From assembly GCA_964016885.1 (NCBI GenBank), contig OZ024748.1, positions 42,470,001 through 42,534,000 of the forward strand: a stretch of 64,000 bases of DNA. The letters run 5' to 3'. Positions 53,708 to 64,000 of this stretch are shown here, in pieces. Position 1 is the stretch's first letter. Each line of letters opens with the position of its first letter. Under the pieces are notes generated by a model that was not told the DNA's origin, made no database searches, and worked only from the letters and a program-made list of their open reading frames with translations. The translations under genes and the position numbers were made by a program. The DNA is from Eledone cirrhosa. Lineage: Eukaryota.

Positions 53708-53971
53708 TCGGCTATTGTTATTAATTCAGAAATCAACACTGATTGAACTGTTCTAAGAATCAGACGCTCCAGCCATAACCATCCTGTCTTTTTGTATATC
53801 GTGATGTACATTGTCCAATATATCCTTATATCCTCCTTTATTAAATATGGTAAGGCTAACCCCTGTTTTAGCAGGAAAAATGGCCTTAAAACCTTGTTGT
53901 TGATGTTGTATTGAAGAATATCAAACTAATTGTTTTTAAAAAATATCTTTATACATTTTTTTTTTCTCCAG

Positions 53972-54073
53972 AGGAAAATTGTTCTTGACAATGTTCTGCA
54001 GAACAAGGTGAATTTTGTGATCCAAAGAAGTCTGTCCCATGAGCCACAAAGTGAAGTTAATTCATCAATATTG
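53972..54073 (+). CDS. C8orf88-like protein, coding exon (RKIVLDNVLQNKVNFVIQRSLSHEPQSEVNSSIL)
   Basis: Poly-T tract plus ctccag| acceptor and TTG|gtaaga donor; 102 nt. Only the phase-0 frame is open. Confidence 0.8.
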
Positions 54074-54434
54074 GTAAGAATCATCATCATATGTTGACAT
54101 GACCTAGTAGTTAGTGAGTTCACATTTATAAGGTTGTGGGTTTGATTCCCACAGTAGGTGACACATTGAACAAACCACTTTGTTTCATGCTGTTCTAGTT
54201 CATTCAGTTGAATATAAGCAACAACACTGGACTGACATCTTAGTTTGTTCTGGGATAAATACTAGGCTGTGCATGCAAACATAGAAACGTATAATCGACT
54301 TTCTGCACCCACCTCCCAACAAATTGCTTGTCTTGTGCCTTAATTAGAAATGAATACTAGAAATATTTATGTCCAGGTTGTTATATTGATATGATATAAA
54401 TATATGTTTGTATTTTCTGTGTGTATATTAACAG

Positions 54435-54567
54435 AAGAACAGTGGACCGAAATCAGCTGGCTATGTGAATGGTTCCAGATCTGTTTTCTTTGGAGATGTA
54501 AAAGAAAATAAATACCATTCTTTGACAGATGTTCTTCATTTGATGAATGGCATTTTGCCTGAAATTT
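54435..54567 (+). CDS. C8orf88-like protein, coding exon (KNSGPKSAGY...LHLMNGILPEI)
   Basis: Acceptor ttaacag| and donor T|gtaaga; 133 nt, phase 0 to 1, open frame. Confidence 0.75.
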
Positions 54568-54681
54568 GTAAGAAATTAATTTTTTTTCTTTCTTTTTCTC
54601 AACTAATTTTGACAAAATTCCTATAAAAAACTTGCTTCTTATTGAGAAATATTTACTAGATTGTCAGTTCTTTTTTTTATT

Positions 54682-54811
54682 ACTATTAAAAATATTCAAA
54701 CAAGTTGGATATCTTAGCCCCCTAAAATGAATATTAGACATTGACGATTCTGTCCACTTTTTCCATCTGTAGGGGGTTATATGTCCAACTTGTTTGACTA
54801 TTTTTAATAGT
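54682..54811. mobile_element. MITE-like element with ~43-bp TIRs
   Basis: ACTATTAAAAATATTCAAACAAGTTGGA...CCCCCTA is mirrored at 54770-54811. Confidence 0.65.
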
Positions 54812-55253
54812 CAAAAGACCTACATTAAAGTTATTTACATTAACCTAACATACATATTCTCAACTTTCAAAATTTGCTCAACGTTTCTTGATTCTGGTTG
54901 ATACTTTAATTATTGAATAATTTAATTATGATTGATTCTTTGATAATTTAACAATTGAAAATAATTCTAAAGACCTACCTTTCAAAGACCTGTTTGTTTG
55001 TTGGTTACTACTTCACTGTTTTAAATGGGAGAATGATGTTTTATATTCTTGAATTCTTTGGGTGTTGTATATAACTGTTTGTTTTATATAGCGAGAGAAA
55101 TAGTATTTAACTGTTTTATCTAGTGAGAGAAATATTTTCTGTTAGTTTTATCTAGTGAGAGAAATAGTATTTTCTGTTATAACTGTTTAACTGTTTTATT
55201 TAGTGAGAGAAATAATTTCTGCTATAAGTCTTTGAAGTGGTGTAATAACAAAA

Positions 55254-55737
55254 AATGTTCGCAAGTGGTATAAAATAGTTTGTGAGGAGGAGGGAGTTTG
55301 TTGTGAAGAAGGAGTTTACTACGAAGACATAGGGGTGGAGGTTTATTTCTTCTGAGTGTAATACTTACAAGGGACATAACTCTAATTAATACCGTAAGAG
55401 TTATGTACCCTTTTTGAGACGTTTATTTAAATAGAACTTGAAAACGAAATATTTCATGAATTCTATTTTTAATAGATCTTCATATATATATATAAATGTT
55501 CACAAGTGGTATAAAATAGTTTGTGAGGAGGAGGAAGTTTGTTGTGAAGAGGAAGGAGTTTACTACGAAGACATAGGGGTGGAGGTTTATTTCTTCTGAG
55601 TGTAATACTTACAAGGGACATAACTCTAATTAATACCGTAAGAGTTATCTACCCTTTTTGACACGTTTATTTAGATAGAACTTGAAAACGAAATATTTCA
55701 TGAATTCTATTTTTAATAGATCTTCATATATATATAT
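55254..55737. repeat. ~241-bp direct tandem duplication
   Basis: The block starting AATGTTC(G/A)CAAGTGGTATAAAATAG occurs at 55254 and 55495. Confidence 0.9.
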
Positions 55738-55947
55738 GAGAAAGAGAGAGAGAGCTGATCAATAGCGAAACGCGCGTCATTACTCAGTGATCATAATGAA
55801 GACATAACAAATTGTTCTTTTTATTATTATTTTATATATATATATATATATACACATATATATAAAACACTTTTAGAAATATAATTTAGATCTGACACAC
55901 GTCTTTTACTTAATGTTGTAAAACCATGTTTACTTTGAATTTTGTAG

Positions 55948-56081
55948 CTTCTCAAGAAAAACTCAAATGTAAATTGTCACGACAGAAGCTTCTTCACTTG
56001 TCAACTTCCCCTTCATCTCAGAAACCCCCTAAAGATTGGATGCAGTTAAGATTAGAATTTCCTGATTTATTTAATTTAGAG
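55948..56081 (+). CDS. C8orf88-like protein, exon with eIF4E-binding-like helix (EKLKCKLSRQKLLHLSTSPSSQKPPKDW...FPDL)
   Basis: Acceptor ttttgtag| and donor GAG|gtaagt; 134 nt, phase 1 to 0. Resembles the YSRxxLLxLSxxxxxxKxP motif of C8orf88/4E-BP-type proteins. Confidence 0.85.
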
Positions 56082-56115
56082 GTAAGTATTTTTGTAATTA
56101 TATCTAAATTGTTAA

Positions 56116-56307
56116 CTCTTAACACTGTGTCCCACATGAAACTATATTAGCAAGATATTCTTGAAAAATTCCAAACATCACATTAAGAGTTAAAGTCTTT
56201 ACTTTAGTTTCATACTGATCTGTTCACCAGTAAAGCTACGATAAACATTTGGATTAACAAACCTGTTTTTAGATATTTTCTGCCAAATCATTGCAGGATG
56301 TTAAGAG
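56116..56307. mobile_element. TTAA-flanked MITE in the last intron
   Basis: TTAA|CTCTTAACA...TGTTAAGAG|TTAA. Confidence 0.7.
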
Positions 56308-56636
56308 TTAATATTCATTTTACATTGTGTTCCTGAATTGTGGACATCATCATCATTTTATGTCCACTTTCTATGTTGCTATGCAATAGATGCTTTTTTT
56401 GTTGTTTTCATTATCTAAGATTAGATGGGTCAGATTGGATGACATCTTAGTCGTATTTTCCATTTTTGTTGTTGTGGGGTAGGGTATGGTTTCTACAGCT
56501 GGATACCTTTACTATCATAACCACTTTAAAGTGTACTGGGTGCATTTTATTGTGACACCTTGCTTGGACTTGTGCCTCGAATGGGTACTTTCTGGGCGCA
56601 AATCTCATGGGTATTCATGACCAAAGGGGTTTTTAT

Positions 56637-56680
<44 letters not shown>

Positions 56681-56687
<7 letters not shown>

Positions 56688-56845
56688 AGATCAAAAGATG
56701 GTTAAAAGAGTTCCAAGTATTTTATTATGCACATTTCAATACTTGGAACTCTTTTAACCATCTTTTGATCTTATATTATTTATACTCCAGTGCTACTTAT
56801 CCAATATTTGCATTGCTTTATTGTGCTACAATAAAACTCACCTCC

Positions 56846-56850
<5 letters not shown>
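56681..56850. repeat. 41-bp-arm palindrome plus flank of a (TA)n-associated repeat family
   Basis: 56681-56721 and 56738-56778 are perfect inverted arms. The flank TATACTCCAGT...AATAAAACTCACCTCCTAC recurs at ~10600-10684. Confidence 0.8.
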
Positions 56851-56890
<40 letters not shown>

Positions 56891-56895
<5 letters not shown>

Positions 56896-57293
56896 TGTAT
56901 GTATAGTATATTTGGCAATATACCGTATGTTTAATTAAAAACATTTTGAAGACCTTGCGCTATCATTTTTAAAGTAGTGACTATGTCACTTTCTTTTTTC
57001 AGCAAAAGAAGGGAGAGAAGCTAACAGTCTGTTTCACACTGTTGCCGGCAATCGCTCTGTATAATCAGCTCCTGATTATTACTGGAATTCTATAAGAATC
57101 CAGCTTCTATGATTTTCGACAAAGGCTCTGATGATCACCAACAGTGTGAAACAGAATCTGTCAGCTTCTCTCCTTTCTTTTGCTGAAAAAAGAAGTGACA
57201 TAGTCACTACTTTAAAAATTATAGCGCAAGGTCTTCAAAATGTTTTTAATTAAACATATGGTATATTGCCAAATATACTATACATACATTCAT
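56891..57293. repeat. Fold-back inverted repeat (~155-bp arms) overlapping the intronic hammerhead
   Basis: 56891-57044 is the reverse complement of 57139-57293; preceded by (TA)n. Confidence 0.9.
57123..57167 (+). ncRNA. Type I hammerhead ribozyme, intact, intronic, sense to the host gene
   Basis: AGGCT-CTGATGA-TCAC-caaca-GTGT-GAAA-CAGAATCTG-TC-AGCTT; GUC triplet, predicted cut after C57162. Confidence 0.85.
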
Positions 57294-57323
57294 GTATACA
57301 TCACTATTTCAGAGCACCAATCC

Positions 57324-57359
<36 letters not shown>

Positions 57360-57430
57360 TGTATGTATGTGTGCCTATTATGTATTTATTTTTGCATTCT
57401 ATTAATTTAATTTTTAACATTTTTTTTCAG

Positions 57431-57568
57431 AATTTAACATATGTGGACCCTACAGAACAAGAATATTGGCTTGAGCAGTTGGAATCTCGAAAGTGTATTA
57501 GTCTTTATGTTTCTTCGTCTTCCAATCGGAGACAACGATCCCGGTGTAGCTCAGAAGTCAGTGACTAA
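57431..57568 (+). CDS. C8orf88-like protein, terminal exon (NLTYVDPTEQEYWLEQLESRK...SSEVSD*)
   Basis: Acceptor ttttttttcag|, phase 0, TAA stop at 57566-57568. AATAAA at 57572 and ATTAAA near 57624 follow. Confidence 0.8.
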   Translation, partial: NLTYVDPTEQEYWLEQLESRKCISLYVSSSSNRRQRSRCSSEVSD

Positions 57569-58029
57569 ATTAATAAAACTGAGCAGACCTAAGAATTGAA
57601 CTCTGATATAATAATGCAAAACTATTAAAATGAAAAAAGCTAGAAACATTCAAAATAATCCAGAGCAATTTTTGTGATCGAAAAACACCAGTTTTAATTC
57701 TGTGATTTTACAATTGTTTTTCATAACATCATTCCACTTGTCCAGTACATTTGTTTTTGTGTTGTTTTATAGGCGAGGAATTGGCAAAGTTGTTAGGGCA
57801 TTGGATTAAATGTCTCTGAGTTATTTGTTCAAGCTCACCACACTCTGAGTTCAAATCCCACTGAGGTCAACTTTGCCTTTCATCCTTTTTTGGGGGGAAG
57901 GGGTAGGGGGTAAGGTGATAAATGAAATTACCAGTCCCAGGAGTGGTGGATTGGCGGAATTGTAAAAGAGTTGAAATGGGATACTTTTGTGGTATCTGAT
58001 CCACCTCTCTTTGGAGTTTAAATTCCACC

Positions 58030-58755
58030 CACTCTGCCAGGAGTTGTGACTGGCAGTTAATATCACCAATGGAAATACTAATAGGAAAATTGTTTCTTTG
58101 GTCCAGTCTGTTTGTCAGGAGTTGTGACTGGCATATATCAGCAATGGTAAGATCAATGGAAAAATTGTATCCTTGGTCCAATCTTATGATCAGCTCCTAT
58201 TTTCTGCCAGGAGTTGTGACTAACAGATAGTATCAGCAATAGAAAGACCAATGGAAACATTGTTTCCTTGGTCTGATCTGATGATCAGCTACTTTCTTCT
58301 GTCAGGAGTTGTGACTGACAGATAGTATTATCAATAGAAAGAGTAATGGACACATTGTTTCCTTGGTCTGATCTGATGATCAGCTACTTTCTTCTGTCAG
58401 GAGTTGACTGACAAATAGTATTAGCAATAGAAAGAGTAATGGACACATTGTTTCCTTGGTCTGATCTGATGATCAGCTACTTTCTTCTGTCAGAAGTTGT
58501 GACTGACAGATAGTATCAGCAATAGAAAGAGTAATGGACACATTGTTTCCTTGGTCTGATCTGATGATCAGCTACTTTCTTCTGTCAGGAGTTGACTGAC
58601 AGATATTATCAGCAATAGAAAGACCAATGGACACATTGTTTCCTTGGTCTGATCTGATGATCAGTTACTTTCTTCTGTCAGGAGTTGTGACTGACAGATA
58701 GTATTAGCAATAGAAAGACCAATGGACACATTGTTTCCTCGATCTGATAATCAGA
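58030..58755. repeat. ~95-bp tandem array, ~7 copies
   Basis: Unit AGGAGTTGTGACTGACAGATAG...GACCAATGGAAACATTGTTTCCTTGGTCTGATCTGATGATCAGC; a single diverged relative at ~39570-39650. Confidence 0.9.
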
Positions 58756-59689
58756 TCACCTCCTTTCCGTCTTTGTTTTTTCTGTCTTTTTTTTTTTATT
58801 TAACAGCATATTTATTTGCTTTGTTGTGTGGTCCTTTTTTGTTAGTCCAGTCTTTCAGGACATTCAGCAAATGTGCCAAAAAATTGTGTTCTTGAATTCC
58901 ATATGAACAACAGAAATATGTTAATCAGAATTAATTTTTAATGTTTTTTTCCCCTTTTGAATCTTTTTTCTTCCTTTGCATTTTCATATTTTCCCCCATT
59001 TTCTTTTTAAGTAAAGCCCTGTGATAAATATTTTAGAAATGAATGAGGGATATTTTCTTATAAAAATATATAAGAAACCTCTCTTTTAAATCTTTTTTTA
59101 ATAATTGATGTCAAAATCTTTCTCATTATTATTATTATTATTATTATTATTGTTATTATTATTATTATCATTATCATTATTATTATTATTATTGCTGAAA
59201 AGAAAAAACAAACAAACAAATCCGAAATCAACTTCTGTTCATTGTTTCATGTATTTGTTGATTCTAAATAATATATATTGCACACACACTTACATATATA
59301 AGCTTTAAAACTATACACCCCTTAAGTTGCAGTTGTGTGTATATATATGTATATATACACACATATATATATGTTGGCTCTATGCATGATGATGCTTTAG
59401 GATAGCTGGCTTAGGATAACCCTGGCTTCATCGAGCAAGAACATGTATATGTATGTATATATATGTATGTATGTATGTGTATATATATATATATATATAT
59501 ATACTTGAATATAAGCTGAGGAGTAAATGACCTAACTCTAACCCCCCAAAAAACTGATGGTAAAATGGGAGGAGGGCTTATATACTCCATCTAAACAATG
59601 CCTTGGTTTATAAATGGGGTCTAGATTTTTGCCTATTTCTCAGACGTAAATTACAGGGGTTTGGCATATATTTGGATCAGCTTATATTT

Positions 59690-59774
59690 GAGTATATATA
59701 TATATATATATATATACGGTGTATATATATATATATATATACGGTGTATATATATATATATATATATATATACG

Positions 59775-59822
<48 letters not shown>

Positions 59823-59848
59823 GGTGTATATATATATATATATATACG

Positions 59849-59886
<38 letters not shown>

Positions 59887-59887
59887 G

Positions 59888-59957
<70 letters not shown>

Positions 59958-59958
59958 G

Positions 59959-59996
<38 letters not shown>

Positions 59997-60297
59997 GGTG
60001 TGTATATATATATATGAGTGTTGTAGTTTGTTTGAAGCATTGTGGGATATGAAGTGGGTTTTTGCCTAGAAAGCCACTACAATGTGGGTCGACAAAATGG
60101 GGAGAAGATGAAGAATAACAAGAATGTTACCCAGGAAATTAAGAGTCCCTAATTCTGATATGCTGGGGTCAACTTGTGCTGCCAATGTCGGTAACATTAT
60201 AACTTAGCATTGTTTTTCTTCGTTTTTTCCAAATTTTGTTTCCTTAATATTTGCATTTGGATGTATACATATGTGTATATATATGTAAATGTATGTG

Positions 60298-60336
<39 letters not shown>

Positions 60337-61131
60337 TTATATATATACATTTATATATATATATATATATATAAGTATATATATGTGTATCTATATATAA
60401 TTATATATGTATATATAAGTATATATATGTGTATGTATATATTAGTATATATATGTGTATGTATATATTAGTATATATATGTGTATGTATATATTAGTAT
60501 ATATATGTGTATGTATATATTAGTATATATATGTGTATGTATATATTAGTATATATATGTGTATGTATATATTAGTATATATATGTGTATGTATATATTA
60601 GTATATATATGTGTATGTATATATTAGTATATATATGTGTATGTATATATTAGTATATATATGTGTATGTATATATTAGTATATATATGTGTGTATGTAT
60701 ATATTAGTATATATATGTGTATGTATATATTAGTATTTATATGTATGTATCTATATATAAGTATATTTATATGTATGTATCTATATATAAGTATATATAT
60801 ATGTGTATGTATATATCTGTGTATATATATGTGTGTATGTATATATCTGTATATATATATATATATATATATGTGTATGTATATATATGTGTATGTATAT
60901 ATCTGTGTGTATATATATATATGTGTATGTATATATCTGTGTATGTATATATCTGTGTATATATATATATGTGTATGTATATATCTGTGTATGTATATAT
61001 CTGTGTATATATATATGTGTGTATGTATATATCTGTGTATATATATATGTGTGTATGTATATATCTGTATTTATATATATATATATATGTATGTATATAT
61101 CTGTATATATATGTATGTGTATGTATATATG

Positions 61132-61168
<37 letters not shown>

Positions 61169-61540
61169 ATATATATATATATATATAAGTATATGTGTAT
61201 ATATATATATATATATAAGTATATGTGTATATATATATATATATAAGTATATGTGTATATATATATATATATAAGTATATGTATATATATATATATATGT
61301 GTTTTTGTATATATTAAGTTTCAATTTAAGCAGATTTAACACACGCTCTCCTACACTCACACACACAGTCACTCACACACACAGTCACTCACTTACTTAC
61401 ACACTCACTTACACACACTCACTTACACACACTCACTTACACACACTCACTTACACACACTCACTTACACACACTCACTCACACATACACACTCACATAC
61501 TCTCTCACGCATGCACACACACACACACACACACAGTCAC
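59690..61540. repeat. (TA)n-CGGTG, 24-bp AGTATATATATGTGTATGTATATATT-type and (CA)/CACT arrays
   Basis: Direct reading. Confidence 0.9.
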
Positions 61541-61680
61541 AAAATGAATTGTATTGTTTTGTTTGTTTGTTTTTATAATGTTCAGTTTCAGAAAGTATTC
61601 TTTACTAAAATATATTCAAACAGTTCTGTACTTTATTTCATTTTCAAAACTATAAATATTATTACTATTATTATTATTAC

Positions 61681-61915
61681 TTGGATTGGCAGTAGAATCG
61701 GTAGAGGGTCGGACGCCATGCTTTGTGGCATAGAGTTAAGGTCCTTTACAGTCTGAATTGAAATCCTGGTGAGGTTAACTTTGCCTTTCATCCTTACTGG
61801 GTCGATAAAATAAAGCACCAGTAATGTACTGGGGTCGATTTAATCGACTTCCCCCTTCCCCCAAATTGCTGGCCTTGTGCCTAAAGTAGTAACAATTATT
61901 ATTATTATTATTATT
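61681..61915 (+). mobile_element. SINE family A copy
   Basis: Family consensus with an (ATT)n tail. Confidence 0.85.
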
Positions 61916-62075
61916 ACTATCATGATCATAAATCACCATTTACTGTTCTGAACAGACTGTATAGAATGTAAAAAGCTGAGTTTCTTCTTTGAAGTGTTTT
62001 AAATTGACTTTTCTCCACACACACATATACAGACACAGATATACTCTCTCTCTCACACACACAGACACAGATATA

Positions 62076-62129
<54 letters not shown>

Positions 62130-62190
62130 TGCAAAAGTTTACATAAGATTGTTCCTTTGCTATGCCCTCGAATAATAACTCTCTGAACAG

Positions 62191-62308
62191 TTTTTAAACA
62201 TGTGTTCATCCTTCTACAAAATACTTCCATTGGAGTACACCACCACCGGGCCCCATATATGTCCAGTTTACCCCACAGATTCCATCTAAAAGACCACCTC
62301 ACATGTTG
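62191..62308 (+). other. Candidate exon of a downstream gene
   Basis: Unique, higher-GC stretch bounded by ctctgaacag| and ATGTTG|gtaagt. No partner exon identified. Confidence 0.3.
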
Positions 62309-63239
62309 GTAAGTCTTTCTTCAACATATACTAGCTCAATAATGTCTACTTTCAGACATTCCTCTTCCATCGTTTTACTTAACACCCCCTCCCTGTTTTA
62401 CTTAAAACCCTGTTTTACTTAATAGCCCCTGTTTTACATAGCACCCTGTTTTACATAACACCCTGTTTTACATAACACCCTGTTTTACTTAACACCACCC
62501 ACAAAGAAAAGTTGTTGAAGTAATCTTTGTGTTTCTGTAATTAACTTTCTTGACACAAATTTCCTCCTTTAATCACTTTGTATAAATTATAAAAATATTA
62601 CCTTCATTTCACTCAACTTTTTTTCATCTGTTCCAAGAGAGAAAGTTAGTTATAGTGTTGTAGCTGACATTAGTTTCATTATTAACCTAGTAAGTTAAAT
62701 GTTACTAACTTTATATTCTAGTTAGGTAGATTTAACTAGTTAGGTAGATTTTTCTTTTTCCAGTAAAATGATTATTTTGATTAACAAACGTCACATCAAT
62801 AAACTAGTAACCCCATCTAGCTTTGAAGTTATGAACTGTTGGAAATGTGTTCATAACTTTGAAGATTTGAACTGTTGGAAATGTGTTCATAACTTTGAAG
62901 TTATGAACTGTTGGAAACAAGTTCAAACATGTTAGGATGAGTTATCTATAGCATTGAGGAGGTTAAGTTGTTTAGTCTGTGGCTATAACAAAATTTGGAA
63001 CCGTGACTTCAAAACCATTTCTCTGTTTCCCTCAGTCTTTGAAAATTAGCTAATTAATTTATATTAATTAAAATCTAATTTCACTGGGTTCTGATGTTCA
63101 TCAATCATAACTTGCAACCCATTGAATCATTTGGCTACCTTTAGACTTTGAGATTCTGTCTTCATGTAATATAGCTAAGCCAGATTGCCCTCACAATTTC
63201 AGCTCAGTACTGCAAGCTAAGATACTAATTGTCTATTAA

Positions 63240-63497
63240 CCCTTTAGAATTTACATTACTCTATATATACTATTGTATTTTCATGGTAAAGGCTTTACCT
63301 CACATAATATCTCACATAACATTTACATTACTCTATATATACTATTGTATTTTCATAGTTTACCTCATGTAATATCGAATCTGAGATTTTTATATTTATT
63401 TTGAGAACAATACCTTAACATAAGTATGAGTGGCCAGTTACAGCTGGTTTGAACAGAAAGAGGTGAGAGAATTCTGGCTGGTTTAAATGCTAAATGG
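63240..63497. mobile_element. piggyBac-type MITE, same family as 42.8 kb, inverted, with an internal duplication
   Basis: TTAA|CCCTTTAGAATTTA...TAAATGCTAAATGG|TTAA; the body is the reverse complement of 42781-42985. Confidence 0.8.
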
Positions 63498-64000
63498 TTA
63501 AACTATGCTCCTGCTATTGAGTGTGTTGGTCTCTCTCTACACCCTCATGGTACCTATTATAGTATTTATTGAGTACAAGAGTTAAATATGTTTGCCATGG
63601 AACCATGTTGCTTGTCATATGATACTAAAGACTTTTCTCAGTTGACACATGATTGACTTGGTGTGCTGCTGCTGCTAAATTTGTATTTTTCTGTACAAAG
63701 ACATTTCATATATATTTCTTGCCTGTAAAATATTGTTGTTAATTAAGACATAATTTCTTATCCCAAGTTTGTATTCTTTTTCTTCTATTGATCTCTTATT
63801 GATTTCATTGATCTGACAAGATAATCTTATTTGAATTGATAAACATCCTAAAGATATATTTTATCAATTACTGTCCTTGCTCAACAGCAATACAACAAAT
63901 GTTTTAAGGACATTCCCTTGGTTAAAATAGGAGTTAGTCTTGCAGGCCCCCATCATAGTTTTCCTATTCATTATGGGGTCCTTTTGAGGCAGTATTTTAT

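Noticed and set aside
58200-58740. Hammerhead in the 95-bp units (GAAA-hairpin...CTGATGA)
   Set aside because: The base at the cleavage position is G, which violates the NUH rule, and only 2 nt separate it from CTGATGA, leaving no stem I.

Overview
This is AT-rich, repeat-dense eukaryotic DNA. The SINE types, RTE LINEs and microsatellite load suggest a coleoid cephalopod such as Octopus (inference). Nearly all long ORFs in the track are microsatellite or minisatellite artefacts. One real spliced gene lies on the + strand. It has six phase-consistent coding exons (38105-38165, 43451-43512, 53972-54073, 54435-54567, 55948-56081, 57431-57568) and a probable ATG-only first exon at 20699-20701. 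The product is a ~210-aa C8orf88-like/4E-BP-like protein with degenerate eIF4E-binding motifs. The most striking hidden signal is a dense set of type I hammerhead ribozymes, read by eye: four with intact cores, two with a U4C core and several decayed. Most sit in (TA)n-flanked fold-back structures resembling Penelope-like pseudo-LTR remnants. One intact ribozyme is in the sense orientation inside the gene's last intron, next to its own antisense arm. A minisatellite built from copies of a 5' splice junction follows one exon. The rest is RTE LINE fragments, two tRNA-SINE families, non-autonomous Helitrons, piggyBac/hAT/mariner MITEs, a 1.4-kb fold-back element and many tandem arrays.
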